Shown one piece after another: positions 40,807-50,794 of a DNA stretch of 64,000 nucleotides (position 1 is the stretch's first letter; every line of letters starts with the position of its first letter). A program made the translations under genes and the position numbers. The notes below the pieces were generated by a model that did no database searches, was not told the origin of the DNA, and saw nothing but the letters and a program-made list of their open reading frames with translations. Source of the DNA: a virus; the IMG/VR virus record IMGVR_UViG_3300033153_009093, positions 64,001 through 128,000 of that record; one strand, 5' to 3'.

Positions 40807-42069
40807 TTACCCATTCACTAACATTACAGGGATTGTTAAAGTTTCACCTGATTTAGCTATATCAAAAATTAAATCATTAAAATAATTAGCATTGCTACTT
40901 AAAAATGAAAGATTATATAAATTATCTATATTTTTTAATGTACTCTATGGAATATTCTTCCTATCTTGTAATATTCTTCCTATTGAATTTGTTTCAATTG
41001 CTATCGGCATAGAATTTTTAAATCCATCAGAATATTCTTTATATTTCTTTATCTAATAATATCTGGATGAATATTTCGTTTCAATTAGATTTTTAGGTTT
41101 AGCTCCATTATATAAATGAAACAATCCATCATGTTCTAATTGTATTTTATTAAAAATAATATCAAAAAACTTTTTAGTAAATTCAAAAGGTATATATCTA
41201 TAAATGCCATTATTTTTATTTAAAAAAATTCCAACAGTAAATAGTGACTGAACAATAAAATAATTATCATTCAAATTTTCAATATCTGATTTAATAGTTG
41301 TCTAATTAGAATTGTATATAGAATTTAAACTGATATCTATAATACCGCTACTTGTTATTGATGTTAAATATTTATTATTATAATATAATTTAATATTATC
41401 TACGTCATCAGTGGTAGTATAAATAAAAAAATGAACAGGATAATAAACACCATTTAAATAAAATAAATAAAAATTGCTATGGTAAACTTTATGAATATTT
41501 GATTTTATTATTATGGTAGGATTGAAAATTGTTCTGATGTTATCTTCATCATCGATATAATATTTTCCAACTAATTCTTTTATCGAATGAATATTCCCTG
41601 ATAATGTTATTAGTTTTTCTACATTTTCTATTTCATAAAAAGGATAATATTCATTAGAATGAATATTATCATTTTTTAATGTATTATATCGTTTATAATA
41701 ATTATCATTATTAATAATAGAATACTATTCATCTAAAGTTAAATTATCATTATATAATGATAATTTTATTGCTTCATTTGCAGCATCTATTGCAATATTA
41801 TCTGTTTGAGTAGCGGATTTTATAAATCGATCTTTATAAAAATTTTCCTAAGATTCTGATAAATCTCCTGTATAAGAAAATAAATCTATAGGATTTTTAT
41901 TATACATTACATTATACAATGGCATATCGGATTCAAGATATATTAAATTACCAGAATTGATATTTTGTAAATTGAATTTATAGCTCTATAATGTTGGATG
42001 ATTTGATACGGCTTTTATATTATAATTTGATAATATATGCTGCACTTTATCGTAAGAAGAATATAACAA
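40807..42069 (-). CDS. Hypothetical protein, 420 aa
   Basis: TTG 42069 after AGGT. 6 TAG (SES*ENFY, LDE*YSII, IP*STL); ends TAA 40807. Contains track ORF 41053. Confidence 0.65.
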
Positions 42070-42091
42070 TTAATAAACCTATACAACGAAT

Positions 42092-43402
42092 TTAAACATT
42101 TTCAAATATACAATCATCAAATTCGTTTTTTAGTATATTAATTTTAATTTTAATACTTTTAATAAATACATTATTGAAATATTTACTATTATCAATTAAA
42201 TCATATACAATGGCATCTTTTTTATTATCACTTTTTCGTACAATCCGCCCTATTGTTTGAATAAGAGATTTTCTTCCCATTATAGGAGTTGCCAATATTA
42301 ATCGATTTAAAGCGGCATAATCAAAGGCATGCGAAGCATATTTATAAGTTGCTACAATTACGTTATCATTTATTTTATCAATATCATTTTTTTCAGAAAA
42401 TAATTTAGCAGAAGTTATATTTTTTTCTTTTAAATAATCATACACAAAATTAAGTTGTTTTTTTGTTAAACAAATAATTATTATTTTATTATTTTGTTCT
42501 ATTTCTTTTTTTGTGATATTATAAATATTAGATATCCATTCTTTAGATTCATGTAATTTTGAATTATATATCGATCTTGCTTGAATAAAATTTCTATTCC
42601 ATAAATACGAAATCCTTTTACCGTACTTTTCACCTAACCCACTATCGAATTTTATAAACTTTACAGTAGGTTGATAATCATATGAGCCATAAGTAACTAA
42701 TATATCATCGAATATAGATTTAACTAAAATATTTTTTTCTTTATCAAGATAAGGCGTAGCAGATAATCCTATTACATTTTTAGTGTTGAATAACAATGAA
42801 GCTGATGCATATTTAGTACCCATCTTATGCGCCTCATCCCAAAATATTAGATCGATTCCTATTGATCTAAATAATGGATAAAATTCTTTTATATTATTTT
42901 TTACTTTTGAAGCTAATGTCTGAGGTGTTGTGATGATAACTTTTTTATTTTCGACATCAAAAATTTTTCCTTTTATTAATCCAATTTCAGAATCTGTAAT
43001 ATTTGTATGTCGTAAAAATTCTTCTCTCCATTGTTCGACAATTTTTTCAGTATCAATAAGAATTAATGTTTTTTTATTTAAATAATGTGCTAAATATATT
43101 GAACAAACAGTCTTACCAAATCCAGGCCTTGCGTGCAATATACCATTTATACATCCAGTAGTAGTATAAACATTCAATAAATTATCAATTATACTTATTT
43201 GTTCCTTTCTTAATTTAGAAACAAATTTATATTTTAATATTTCTTCAGCTTTAAATTTTTTATCACTATAAGTTAAAATATCTTTATTATGTGCATATTT
43301 TAATATATTTCTAGGAAGGTATATATAATCATCTGTAGAATGTAAAGTATAAGGTTCATACTTTTCAATAAACGGACTATCTTTATTCAATAAACAAAAC
43401 AT
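42092..43402 (-). CDS. Superfamily 2 DNA helicase (UvsW-like)
   Basis: Walker A ARPGFGKT, DEAH, GLSATP, QTIGRIVR. 4 TGG, 0 TAG. Confidence 0.9.
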   Translation of the reverse strand: MFCLLNKDSPFIEKYEPYTLHSTDDYIYLPRNILKYAHNKDILTYSDKKFKAEEILKYKFVSKLRKEQISIIDNLLNVYTTTGCINGILHARPGFGKTVCSIYLAHYLNKKTLILIDTEKIVEQWREEFLRHTNITDSEIGLIKGKIFDVENKKVIITTPQTLASKVKNNIKEFYPLFRSIGIDLIFWDEAHKMGTKYASASLLFNTKNVIGLSATPYLDKEKNILVKSIFDDILVTYGSYDYQPTVKFIKFDSGLGEKYGKRISYLWNRNFIQARSIYNSKLHESKEWISNIYNITKKEIEQNNKIIIICLTKKQLNFVYDYLKEKNITSAKLFSEKNDIDKINDNVIVATYKYASHAFDYAALNRLILATPIMGRKSLIQTIGRIVRKSDNKKDAIVYDLIDNSKYFNNVFIKSIKIKINILKNEFDDCIFENV

Positions 43403-43405
43403 AAA

Positions 43406-43609
43406 TTAATACAAACTCACAGTTAAATAAACAACTTTATTATTCTTATCTATTATTACAGCCTTATTTATTCCATCAATTATATTTGATGTTGTACTTT
43501 CGTAATTATCAATCGATAAACTTATATTATATGTCAAAAACTCTTCTCTTTCAATTTCATTATCCATTGCCGCCTCTGCTATCATTGACTAAATTTCCGC
43601 AATTTCCAT
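43406..43609 (-). CDS. Small hypothetical protein, 67 aa
   Basis: ATG 43609, one TAG (EIAEI*SMIAE), TAA 43406. It fills the gap between neighbours. Confidence 0.5.
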
Positions 43610-43622
43610 ATTAACTAAACCT

Positions 43623-44666
43623 TTAATTATATAATTTTGATATACTATAATCAATAAACGTTGTTGAATCGTTAATATTAATTACATCATTAATAATTCT
43701 ACTTTTACTATATAATTCTAATGCTATATTTTTCAATTCTCTATTATATTTGTTCTTTAAATATATTATTAATTTATATAATCCTATAGAAAAACTAATA
43801 AAATCAAATTTTTTAATTGAGATTAAAAAATAACTATTTATAAAATTATAATCCGTCAATTTCATAGAATTTATTTCTTCAACAAAGAATGTATCAAATA
43901 TTTTGCCATTTATCATTTGATAATTAGTAAAATATTTAATTATTAAATTTTTTATAATATTATCAAATAGTAATATCGTAATATATTTCGCTTCTTCCAA
44001 TTTATTTAATTTTATTAATATATATGCCGCTATTAATATATTACTATAACTAAAATAATTAAAAGGGTATATTATTTGAATATCATTTAAATATTCTTTA
44101 AATTTTTTACTTTTATAATAAGAATAACTATTTAACATTATAGAAAATAATATTTCCGAATTATAATATATTTTTAAATCTTTTTTTAATTCAATAGTAA
44201 TATTTTTTAAATCTGTATCTATTTTTGTTATAAGGCTGTTTACATTTGAATCTTTTTTTAATTCACAACCTAACACCCTTTCATTTGTTTTTGTATATTT
44301 TATTTTTTTTGGGGTTTTATATTTCGATATCAAAATTTCATAAGGATAATAATATTTATTAAAATCAGGAATAATTGAATTTTCATCTTTTATCATTTCT
44401 GGGGCTGGTTTCCCTACAATAAACTTATTCTTATTATAAAAAATATTACAATTTTGCAAACTAACCTTTAATTTACTATCCCTTTTTAATAAAGTATCAA
44501 CATATATAAATTTATTTTTTCTTTTTAATAAATAAGAATTTATTTTTAAACTATCAAAGATTTTTTCTTTTATAATATTATAATCAATTTCTGATTCATC
44601 TAATAATTCTTTTAATAATAATGTTGTTACATAATTTATAACATAATCTTTATTTATTTTTTCCAT
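43623..44666 (-). CDS. Hypothetical protein, 347 aa (true start probably ATG 44666)
   Basis: Long ORF ending TAA. The track's start at 44747 lies inside the tRNA. Confidence 0.6.
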   Translation of the reverse strand: MEKINKDYVINYVTTLLLKELLDESEIDYNIIKEKIFDSLKINSYLLKRKNKFIYVDTLLKRDSKLKVSLQNCNIFYNKNKFIVGKPAPEMIKDENSIIPDFNKYYYPYEILISKYKTPKKIKYTKTNERVLGCELKKDSNVNSLITKIDTDLKNITIELKKDLKIYYNSEILFSIMLNSYSYYKSKKFKEYLNDIQIIYPFNYFSYSNILIAAYILIKLNKLEEAKYITILLFDNIIKNLIIKYFTNYQMINGKIFDTFFVEEINSMKLTDYNFINSYFLISIKKFDFISFSIGLYKLIIYLKNKYNRELKNIALELYSKSRIINDVININDSTTFIDYSISKLYN

Positions 44667-44713
44667 ATAAATTCTTATTATTATATTGTAAATAATTGAT
44701 ATTAATAAAGAAA

Positions 44714-44787
44714 TGGACTCGGTTAAGAGAATCGAACTCCTATACACAGATTTAGAGTCTGTTATCTTGCCATTAGATCAAACCGAG
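44714..44787 (-). tRNA. Amber-decoding tRNA, anticodon CUA, 74 nt with encoded CCA
   Basis: CTCGGTT-TG-ATCT AATGGCA AGAT-A-ACAGA CT CTA AA TCTGT-GTAT-AGGAG TTCGATT CTCTT-AACCGAG-T-CCA. All four stems pair; anticodon at 44753-44755. Confidence 0.95.
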
Positions 44788-44810
44788 TTTTATCTAACAT
44801 ATTTAATTAA

Positions 44811-44839
44811 TCTATATCATTTTTTATTTTAATATACAA
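44811..44839 (-). promoter_or_regulatory. Possible sigma70-type promoter upstream of the tRNA
   Basis: TTGTAT-N17-TATAGA with a TG extended -10, 23 nt upstream of the tRNA. Weak evidence given the AT richness. Confidence 0.25.
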
Positions 44840-45379
44840 TTATGCATATTGCCAAGTTAATTTTAATTTTTTGTCACTAGGATGTTTCCCGGCAGATTCT
44901 CTTTTTCCTCTACAACATTCGGAAATGTGTTGATGTCTTGTATTTGCATGATTACCAGCTTTTCTTAATGAAAGAAACATAGAATTTAATTCAGGACAAT
45001 AGACTTTTTTTCTAGGTTTATTATGTAATCCATTTTCAAAAGCATGATCGCTATTTTCTTGATTAGTCATCCATTCCAAATCTTTCCAATAGTTATTTAA
45101 CTTATTACCATACTTATGATTTACTTGTGGTTTATTTTTAAAATTATCAACGAAATGAATAGCAACTAATCTATGAATAACATACGACTTCCCTTTTCCA
45201 TTATTACTAAACCATACATTAGCATATTTATTTCTAAAAGATGTTTTTAAAATAACACCTTCGGGGTATCTATGAAAACTTTTAACATTTCCCCATGATG
45301 ATATTTGATACAACCCTTCGTATCCTTTTACATCCTTCCACGTTTCAGACTCTCTATTTTTTATTTTTGTATCTGGCAT
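44840..45379 (-). CDS. NUMOD4-HNH homing endonuclease
   Basis: ETWKDVKGYEGLYQISSWGNVKS (NUMOD4) and IHRLVAIHF...VNHKYGNKLNN..DLEWMTNQEN (HNH). 6 TGG, 0 TAG. Confidence 0.9.
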   Translation of the reverse strand: MPDTKIKNRESETWKDVKGYEGLYQISSWGNVKSFHRYPEGVILKTSFRNKYANVWFSNNGKGKSYVIHRLVAIHFVDNFKNKPQVNHKYGNKLNNYWKDLEWMTNQENSDHAFENGLHNKPRKKVYCPELNSMFLSLRKAGNHANTRHQHISECCRGKRESAGKHPSDKKLKLTWQYA

Positions 45380-45411
45380 AATTATAGTATTATTTTAATT
45401 AAATTATTTAT

Positions 45412-46929
45412 TTAAAATAGCGAAACATTTTGTGATACTTGATTATTAGATTTTGTTTTCTTTTCAAATTGACCTAACATTCCGCCCCCTTCTTCGGCAC
45501 TACACTTTTCAAATCTTGCAAAATTAGGACGATATCTACAATTTATTATAGTACCATCTTCATGATATCTATGTTTTTCATTATATAATACGACCATATT
45601 ATATCCTAAATCTTTATAAGTATCTTTTACCTGCATTGTAATAACGATATCGGCATTTTCATATTTTGACCAACCGCCTCCAATGTCCGTACCACTTGGC
45701 ATTTCGTCATCGCTTTTACTTTTTCTTGCGCCTTCTCTATTAAACTGCGATACAGTTAACCCGCAAGTGTCATATTTTTTTGAAACAGCTTTGAAATCAT
45801 CTACAATATTCCCTACAACTTCATCACTTCTCAATGTTTTTCTATTATCAATAGGTAACATTTTATCTACATAGTCAAGCATAATAGAATATACAATAGA
45901 ATCTTTAAACTTTAATAGAGTTCTATCAATGCATGCTTCTATAGCTAACATATTATGACGTTTAGGTGGCAATTCAACTACGACTAATATAGTATTTTTA
46001 TCCTTTTGTTTTAAATATAATTTTATGATTTCTTTTCTTTTCTGATCATCCAATATATCATACTTTAATTTATTAATATCTATATCAGTTATATTTGAGA
46101 TAATCCGTAAAAAAGTTTCTGTTTTAGAATTTTCAAAAGTAAAATAGAAAACAATATTTTTTTTATTACCAGTTTTTTTAGACCGTAAGTGTTCTGCCGT
46201 TGAATGGCACAGAAACATTGATTTCCCGGCCCCGGAAGCCCCGATTAATATACCTATTCGTTTCTTCTCTATAAATCGAATTTCGCTTAATATTGAAACT
46301 TCTCGACACTCTTCTTGAACTACAGCCGATTCTTGTAAAGCTTCATCAATATCATCGATATCATTTTCTAAAACAAAATCGTCATTTATTAAAGAATCAT
46401 CATATGTCAAAAATATTTTTGATAATCTTTGTTCGTATTCTATTGTTGGGTCTTCTATTGTATAAAATTTATTATATAAATCATATAAATCAATAATAGA
46501 TTTATGAAGAGATAAAAATTTAATAACTTTATCAAATTCTATATTTATTGAACTATTATTAAATCTATTTGAATCTTTATTATTAACAATGTAATTTATA
46601 AATTTTTGTACTTTATTAAATGTATTATTATCTATTGTGTTTTCTATTTTATTTATAATACTTTGTTTTATAGAAACAATATCAGCATTTATACTTATTG
46701 TTTTTGATTCTATAATTAAAGATAATATTTTTATGAAGGCAGGATTATCCGTTTCATATACTAATGATAGTGATTTATAGGACTGTTGTTTTGTAGTAAA
46801 AAAATAATTTAAGAAACTATTTATATTTAATAATGATGCGTCTTTAAAATTAGTAATGTCATATCTTAATAAACCTATACATAATAAAGATATATACTCA
46901 GGTGTTAAATATTTTTTATCTATAATCAT
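45412..46929 (-). CDS. DnaB/gp41-like replicative helicase
   Basis: GASGAGKS, YFTFEN, MLDYVD, TVSQFNR motifs. Confidence 0.85.
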   Translation of the reverse strand: MIIDKKYLTPEYISLLCIGLLRYDITNFKDASLLNINSFLNYFFTTKQQSYKSLSLVYETDNPAFIKILSLIIESKTISINADIVSIKQSIINKIENTIDNNTFNKVQKFINYIVNNKDSNRFNNSSINIEFDKVIKFLSLHKSIIDLYDLYNKFYTIEDPTIEYEQRLSKIFLTYDDSLINDDFVLENDIDDIDEALQESAVVQEECREVSILSEIRFIEKKRIGILIGASGAGKSMFLCHSTAEHLRSKKTGNKKNIVFYFTFENSKTETFLRIISNITDIDINKLKYDILDDQKRKEIIKLYLKQKDKNTILVVVELPPKRHNMLAIEACIDRTLLKFKDSIVYSIMLDYVDKMLPIDNRKTLRSDEVVGNIVDDFKAVSKKYDTCGLTVSQFNREGARKSKSDDEMPSGTDIGGGWSKYENADIVITMQVKDTYKDLGYNMVVLYNEKHRYHEDGTIINCRYRPNFARFEKCSAEEGGGMLGQFEKKTKSNNQVSQNVSLF

Positions 46930-46931
46930 TT

Positions 46932-47780
46932 TTATTTTAATAAAGGAGAGAATTTTGTCATTATGTTAGCTACAAATAAATATTTAATATTATTTGTAAT
47001 TAAATCTGTCGGATCTAAACTATTGCTTAATTTATCATGTTCATATCTAAAAAAATCTGTCGGATCAGCATATTCTACATAATCATATAAAATTTCATTT
47101 AATTCTTTTAAACTATTAATATTTCCTATTATAAAATTAACAACATAATTTAAAATTTTACGATACGCTGGAATATTTACCCAACCGCCTGTATATTTTA
47201 TATTGACTATTTTATTATCATTTAAATAATATACTCCATTTTTTTTATTTAATACAATGACATGGTCGTACTTTTTATACTTTGTTATCTTTAAAAATCT
47301 ATCACTCACATACATTTCGGCAGAAACATTAGTATCTAATGTAGAAAATTCAATATCATCATAATTCATTCTTTTTATTATCAATGATTTTGTTGACATT
47401 TTATGTAATTTAAAAAAATTCAAAAAAAATACATTTCTTATAGCTACCATATATCTATTTAGTTTTATATTATTACATAATAATCTTTTATAAAATAATC
47501 CAAACTCTACAACTCTTTTTTGTTTAGACATAGAATTACAAATTGAAATATATTCATCGATAATGTTACTTTTAATAATGTTATTACAAGCTATTAAAAA
47601 ATTTACATTAAATGAAATGATATCAATAGAGTTAATATCATTTAATACCGACTCTTCTTCATAGAAAAAATCAGAATTTTTAGGATATATATTATAATAT
47701 TTTTTTAATAAATTTAAACATGATATATTATTTATAAATTCTTTTGCGCTTGCCTCTCTAATATCATTTATTACGCTCAT
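46932..47780 (-). CDS. Hypothetical protein, 282 aa
   Basis: Long ORF in the operon, ending TAA. Confidence 0.6.
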   Translation of the reverse strand: MSVINDIREASAKEFINNISCLNLLKKYYNIYPKNSDFFYEEESVLNDINSIDIISFNVNFLIACNNIIKSNIIDEYISICNSMSKQKRVVEFGLFYKRLLCNNIKLNRYMVAIRNVFFLNFFKLHKMSTKSLIIKRMNYDDIEFSTLDTNVSAEMYVSDRFLKITKYKKYDHVIVLNKKNGVYYLNDNKIVNIKYTGGWVNIPAYRKILNYVVNFIIGNINSLKELNEILYDYVEYADPTDFFRYEHDKLSNSLDPTDLITNNIKYLFVANIMTKFSPLLK

Positions 47781-48282
47781 AAGTTTTTATTATTTCAGTT
47801 ATAGGTAATAATTTATAATTATTATTATCGTAGCCTACGTCAATAGCTCTATCATTATATTTAATTTTTCCATGAGCATGTCCGTGTAAATGAATAGAAT
47901 TTTTATAATAATCAGGCTATTCGTATAACGGATAATGAAATAAATTAAATATATAATTATTATAATTTAATGTACAAATAGTATTATTTAAAATAATTAT
48001 TTTATTACTAATAGTTATATTATACTTTTTGAATTTATCATGATTACCAATCAATAAATAAATTTTTCCATTTAATTTATTCATTAGATTTATAGTATCT
48101 TTAACTTTCGCAGAACTAAAATCGCCAATATAATAAATTTCATCTGATACATTTATTTGATTGTTCTATTGAGAAATTAAAGATTTATTTACTGTTTTTA
48201 CATCTTTCCCTAATTGATATCTATTATTATGATATAAATAATTACTATCAAAGAAATGATGATCTGCGCTTACATATATCAT
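47764..48282 (-). CDS. Calcineurin-like metallophosphoesterase, 172 aa (absent from the ORF track)
   Basis: AGGA RBS. Motifs SADHHF, LISQ*NNQINVSDEIYYIGDF, LLIGNHD, FHYPLYE*PDYYKNSIHLHGHAH, DVGYD. TAG at 48166 and 47917; ends TGA. Confidence 0.9.
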
Positions 48283-48286
48283 ACTG

Positions 48287-48502
48287 TTATTCCTTAGTAA
48301 ATATATAAATTCCATCCTTATATTTATCAGAAAACGAAAAAGGAAAATAACTTCTGCTAATTTTCCGATAAATATATGACGTGTAAAGTATTATAGATTG
48401 TTCAGGTCTTGGCATAACTTGTACAACTATCATAAAATTTTTATCTAAATTAGCAGGAAATCCATGTTCGTGTATACAATCTTCTAATTTTAAGTCTTTC
48501 AT
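48287..48502 (-). CDS. Small hypothetical protein, 71 aa
   Basis: Track ORF, tightly packed, ending TAA. Confidence 0.5.
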   Translation of the reverse strand: MKDLKLEDCIHEHGFPANLDKNFMIVVQVMPRPEQSIILYTSYIYRKISRSYFPFSFSDKYKDGIYIFTKE

Positions 48503-48511
48503 AGTTTAAAA

Positions 48512-49564
48512 TTATTTCTTATCCTCTAAAATTGAATATTCATAAATAGCATCTTCGCTAAAAATTGAATAGTTATTAGGGAGGTTATTGTTTTTTTTCT
48601 TTAATAGATTATCACAAAATTCAGGATCAAAAGGATTATACATTAACTTAACCTTTTTCAATAATAATTCTGTATAATAATCATAATTTATTTCCAATAC
48701 CTGAAATAAATCCTTAATGGATGAAGTTTCTTTCTGCAAAACTTCATCTGGTATAGTTATATCTTTTATAATATCATCTATTTTTTTATTTTCAGTTTTA
48801 ATATGGTCATACTTAGCAAAGCGTTGTAGTATATCAGGTACATATGACTCATCTTTTAATTTAACACATAACCATTTACCTTTCCCTGTCCGGTTTTCCC
48901 AAAAATTTTCACCTGTTATAGCATCGTATATAACTGTCCCTTTATAATAACCTGCAACATTCTTTAATTCGTCAAGTTTTTTGTTAACGTTGACAGGTAA
49001 CGAAAAGTATGATAAAATATCATAAATATTATCAGCATCTATTTTATAAAAATCAGAAATATACTTCTTGATTATCTTATACAAAATATCAAATCTATCA
49101 TAAACATTACTATCAGCATCTATGTTTTTTATATAAGATATTAAATCTTCTACAAGTATTTTTACAAATTTATTTGTTACCCGTTTTCCTTCTACACCTT
49201 TAAGATCAATATCATAATAGGACGTACCATCATCTTTATATTTTATGATAACAGATATGTATCTTTTTTTTGCATATAATATCATAGACTTAATAAGATA
49301 TTCATTTTTAAAGTCTACTTTCAGTAATGGCTTTTCTTCTTTTTCTCTTATTTGAATATTATGTTTATGTAAGAAATCTAATAAATAATTATCATTAATT
49401 TCATCTTGTAAAATATTTACATATTCTAATGCTTTTGTATTATTAGATTCTATGTCAAACGGCAGTTTTAAAAATAAACTATCCGTATCAATATAAATCA
49501 AATTCTTTAAATTTGTATTTGAATCTATATTTAATAAATCGTCTACTTCTTTAAAATATATCAT
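48512..49564 (-). CDS. Family B DNA polymerase, C-terminal portion only
   Basis: YIDTDSLF (motif C), YAKKRY, LKGVE. No exonuclease domain or motifs A/B; in-frame TAA upstream of the ATG. Confidence 0.85.
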   Translation of the reverse strand: MIYFKEVDDLLNIDSNTNLKNLIYIDTDSLFLKLPFDIESNNTKALEYVNILQDEINDNYLLDFLHKHNIQIREKEEKPLLKVDFKNEYLIKSMILYAKKRYISVIIKYKDDGTSYYDIDLKGVEGKRVTNKFVKILVEDLISYIKNIDADSNVYDRFDILYKIIKKYISDFYKIDADNIYDILSYFSLPVNVNKKLDELKNVAGYYKGTVIYDAITGENFWENRTGKGKWLCVKLKDESYVPDILQRFAKYDHIKTENKKIDDIIKDITIPDEVLQKETSSIKDLFQVLEINYDYYTELLLKKVKLMYNPFDPEFCDNLLKKKNNNLPNNYSIFSEDAIYEYSILEDKK

Positions 49565-49673
49565 AATGATTATTATTAAAATTTATTTTTAATTTAAAAT
49601 ATAAATAGCTATTTCAATATTAACACATTTTATCATCAAATTCATTAACTATTTTTCAAAGCTAATCAGTAAT

Positions 49674-50108
49674 TTAAATAATAATTTCGCTAGAATTAAA
49701 ACTATTAATTAAAAAACTTATTATATTAATATTTCTTGTTTTGGAATATTCTACTTTATTATCATAAATATCTGATATGATTAGTTTATTATTTCTAATA
49801 TAATAAACTAATCTGTATATTATATTTTCTTTTTTATAATTAGTGCAATGTATAAAATTTTTTACAATTTCATGATTATATACTAATTGATTTATCGCGC
49901 CCTGATATTCTGATTTTATAAAATTCTTATGACTCTTTAACTCTAACTATATAGCTTGATTACTCTTTTGAGCAAATATATCTATGCCAGCTGTGGAACT
50001 CCCTTTAGAGTAAATAAAATATCCTTGGGATCTTAAAGCTTTACGTATATCGCCTTCAAATCTTGCACCTGTCCTTTTATTATTAATAGCTTGTTTTCTA
50101 CTCATCAT
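49674..50108 (-). CDS. Hjc-like (PD-(D/E)xK) Holliday junction resolvase, 144 aa (absent from the ORF track)
   Basis: NNKRTGARFEGDIRKALRSQGY...AGIDIFAQKSNQAI*LELKS. TAG at 49947 lies in the hydrophobic strand before ExK. Confidence 0.8.
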
Positions 50109-50648
50109 AAATCCTTCAATTGTAATATAATTTTTAACAAGTTGTCAAATTCTTTTTGTTTATCTTTGGTCTAATTTTCTTCAAAAATGTGTAGTAATCT
50201 ATACCCTTTCTCATTACACATATCAGTTTTCATTTGATGATATTCTTCAGCGTTCATCTTTACTTTAGTTCTTTTCAAAATCATGTCATTAGAATGTCAG
50301 TACTTACCGTTAAATTCAATTGCGAGCATTAAGGAAGGTATCAATATGTCTAGTTCATAAGGCTTGATTATAGAACGATCTGACTGTATATAATCAATAC
50401 TTTTAGAATCAAGAAAAGTGTATATTTCTAGTTCTGCTTTTGAAATGTTATGAGAACATTTTGGACAACCTTGTTTTGAATTTAAATGATTCATCGGAGC
50501 CTGCTCAAATTCTCCATGAATAGGGCAAATAATTTTAACCTTAGTGTTTGTATTAATATAATTTACTAATGAATAATTATAAAAATGATTATGAACTTTA
50601 TCTTCTCGTTTACTGAACTTTCTTTACTTTTTCAATATTTATAGCCAT
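50105..50648 (-). pseudogene. Degenerate Zn-finger-repeat / Vsr-like endonuclease (paralog of 52207-53103)
   Basis: Frameshift about 10 codons after ATG 50648; TGA at the Trp of NGKY-W-HS (50297). Retains CPIHGEFEQAP, GCPKC, YELDI, IEFNG, HIFEEN*. Confidence 0.75.
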
Positions 50649-50683
50649 TAATATAATCCTTTATTTTTACAATTTATTAAAAC

Positions 50684-50775
50684 GGCTGTAATGGCCGCTG
50701 TATTCAATTGTAATTCTTTTGGGGGCATCGCTATATATAATCCTTTTCCGTTCAAAATAGAACGGCCTGACAGCC
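50684..50775. ncRNA. Candidate structured RNA (GC-enriched intergenic element)
   Basis: GGCTGT/ACAGCC and GGCCG/CGGCC nested pairings, plus an alternative CCGTTC/GAACGG hairpin, in otherwise very AT-rich DNA. Confidence 0.35.
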
Positions 50776-50794
50776 TGCATTAACAAATAGTTTA

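Noticed and set aside
1-42069. Mass pseudogenisation or poor assembly as the cause of ORF fragmentation
   Set aside because: The interruptions are exclusively in-frame TAG, without frameshifts or TAA/TGA, and a matching CUA tRNA is present.
44667-44747. N-terminal extension MYRSSILL... of the 43623 ORF
   Set aside because: It runs through the tRNA gene; ATG 44666 is the more plausible start.
44714-44787. Pyrrolysine tRNA
   Set aside because: It has a canonical 5-bp anticodon stem, a 7-nt D-loop with GG, a 2-nt 8/9 linker and a standard T-loop. No pyl genes are seen, and TAG maps to Trp columns.
50297-50299. TGA at a conserved Trp, suggesting TGA is also recoded (code 4)
   Set aside because: This is an isolated case in a gene that is also frameshifted. 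TGA acts as a normal stop elsewhere, with ATGA overlaps or a following RBS (5700, 18074, 26386, 50105).
49565-50790. Intron or intein separating PolB halves
   Set aside because: The upstream genes (resolvase, endonuclease relic, small proteins) are unrelated to PolB, and no N-terminal PolB exon or splice motifs were found.
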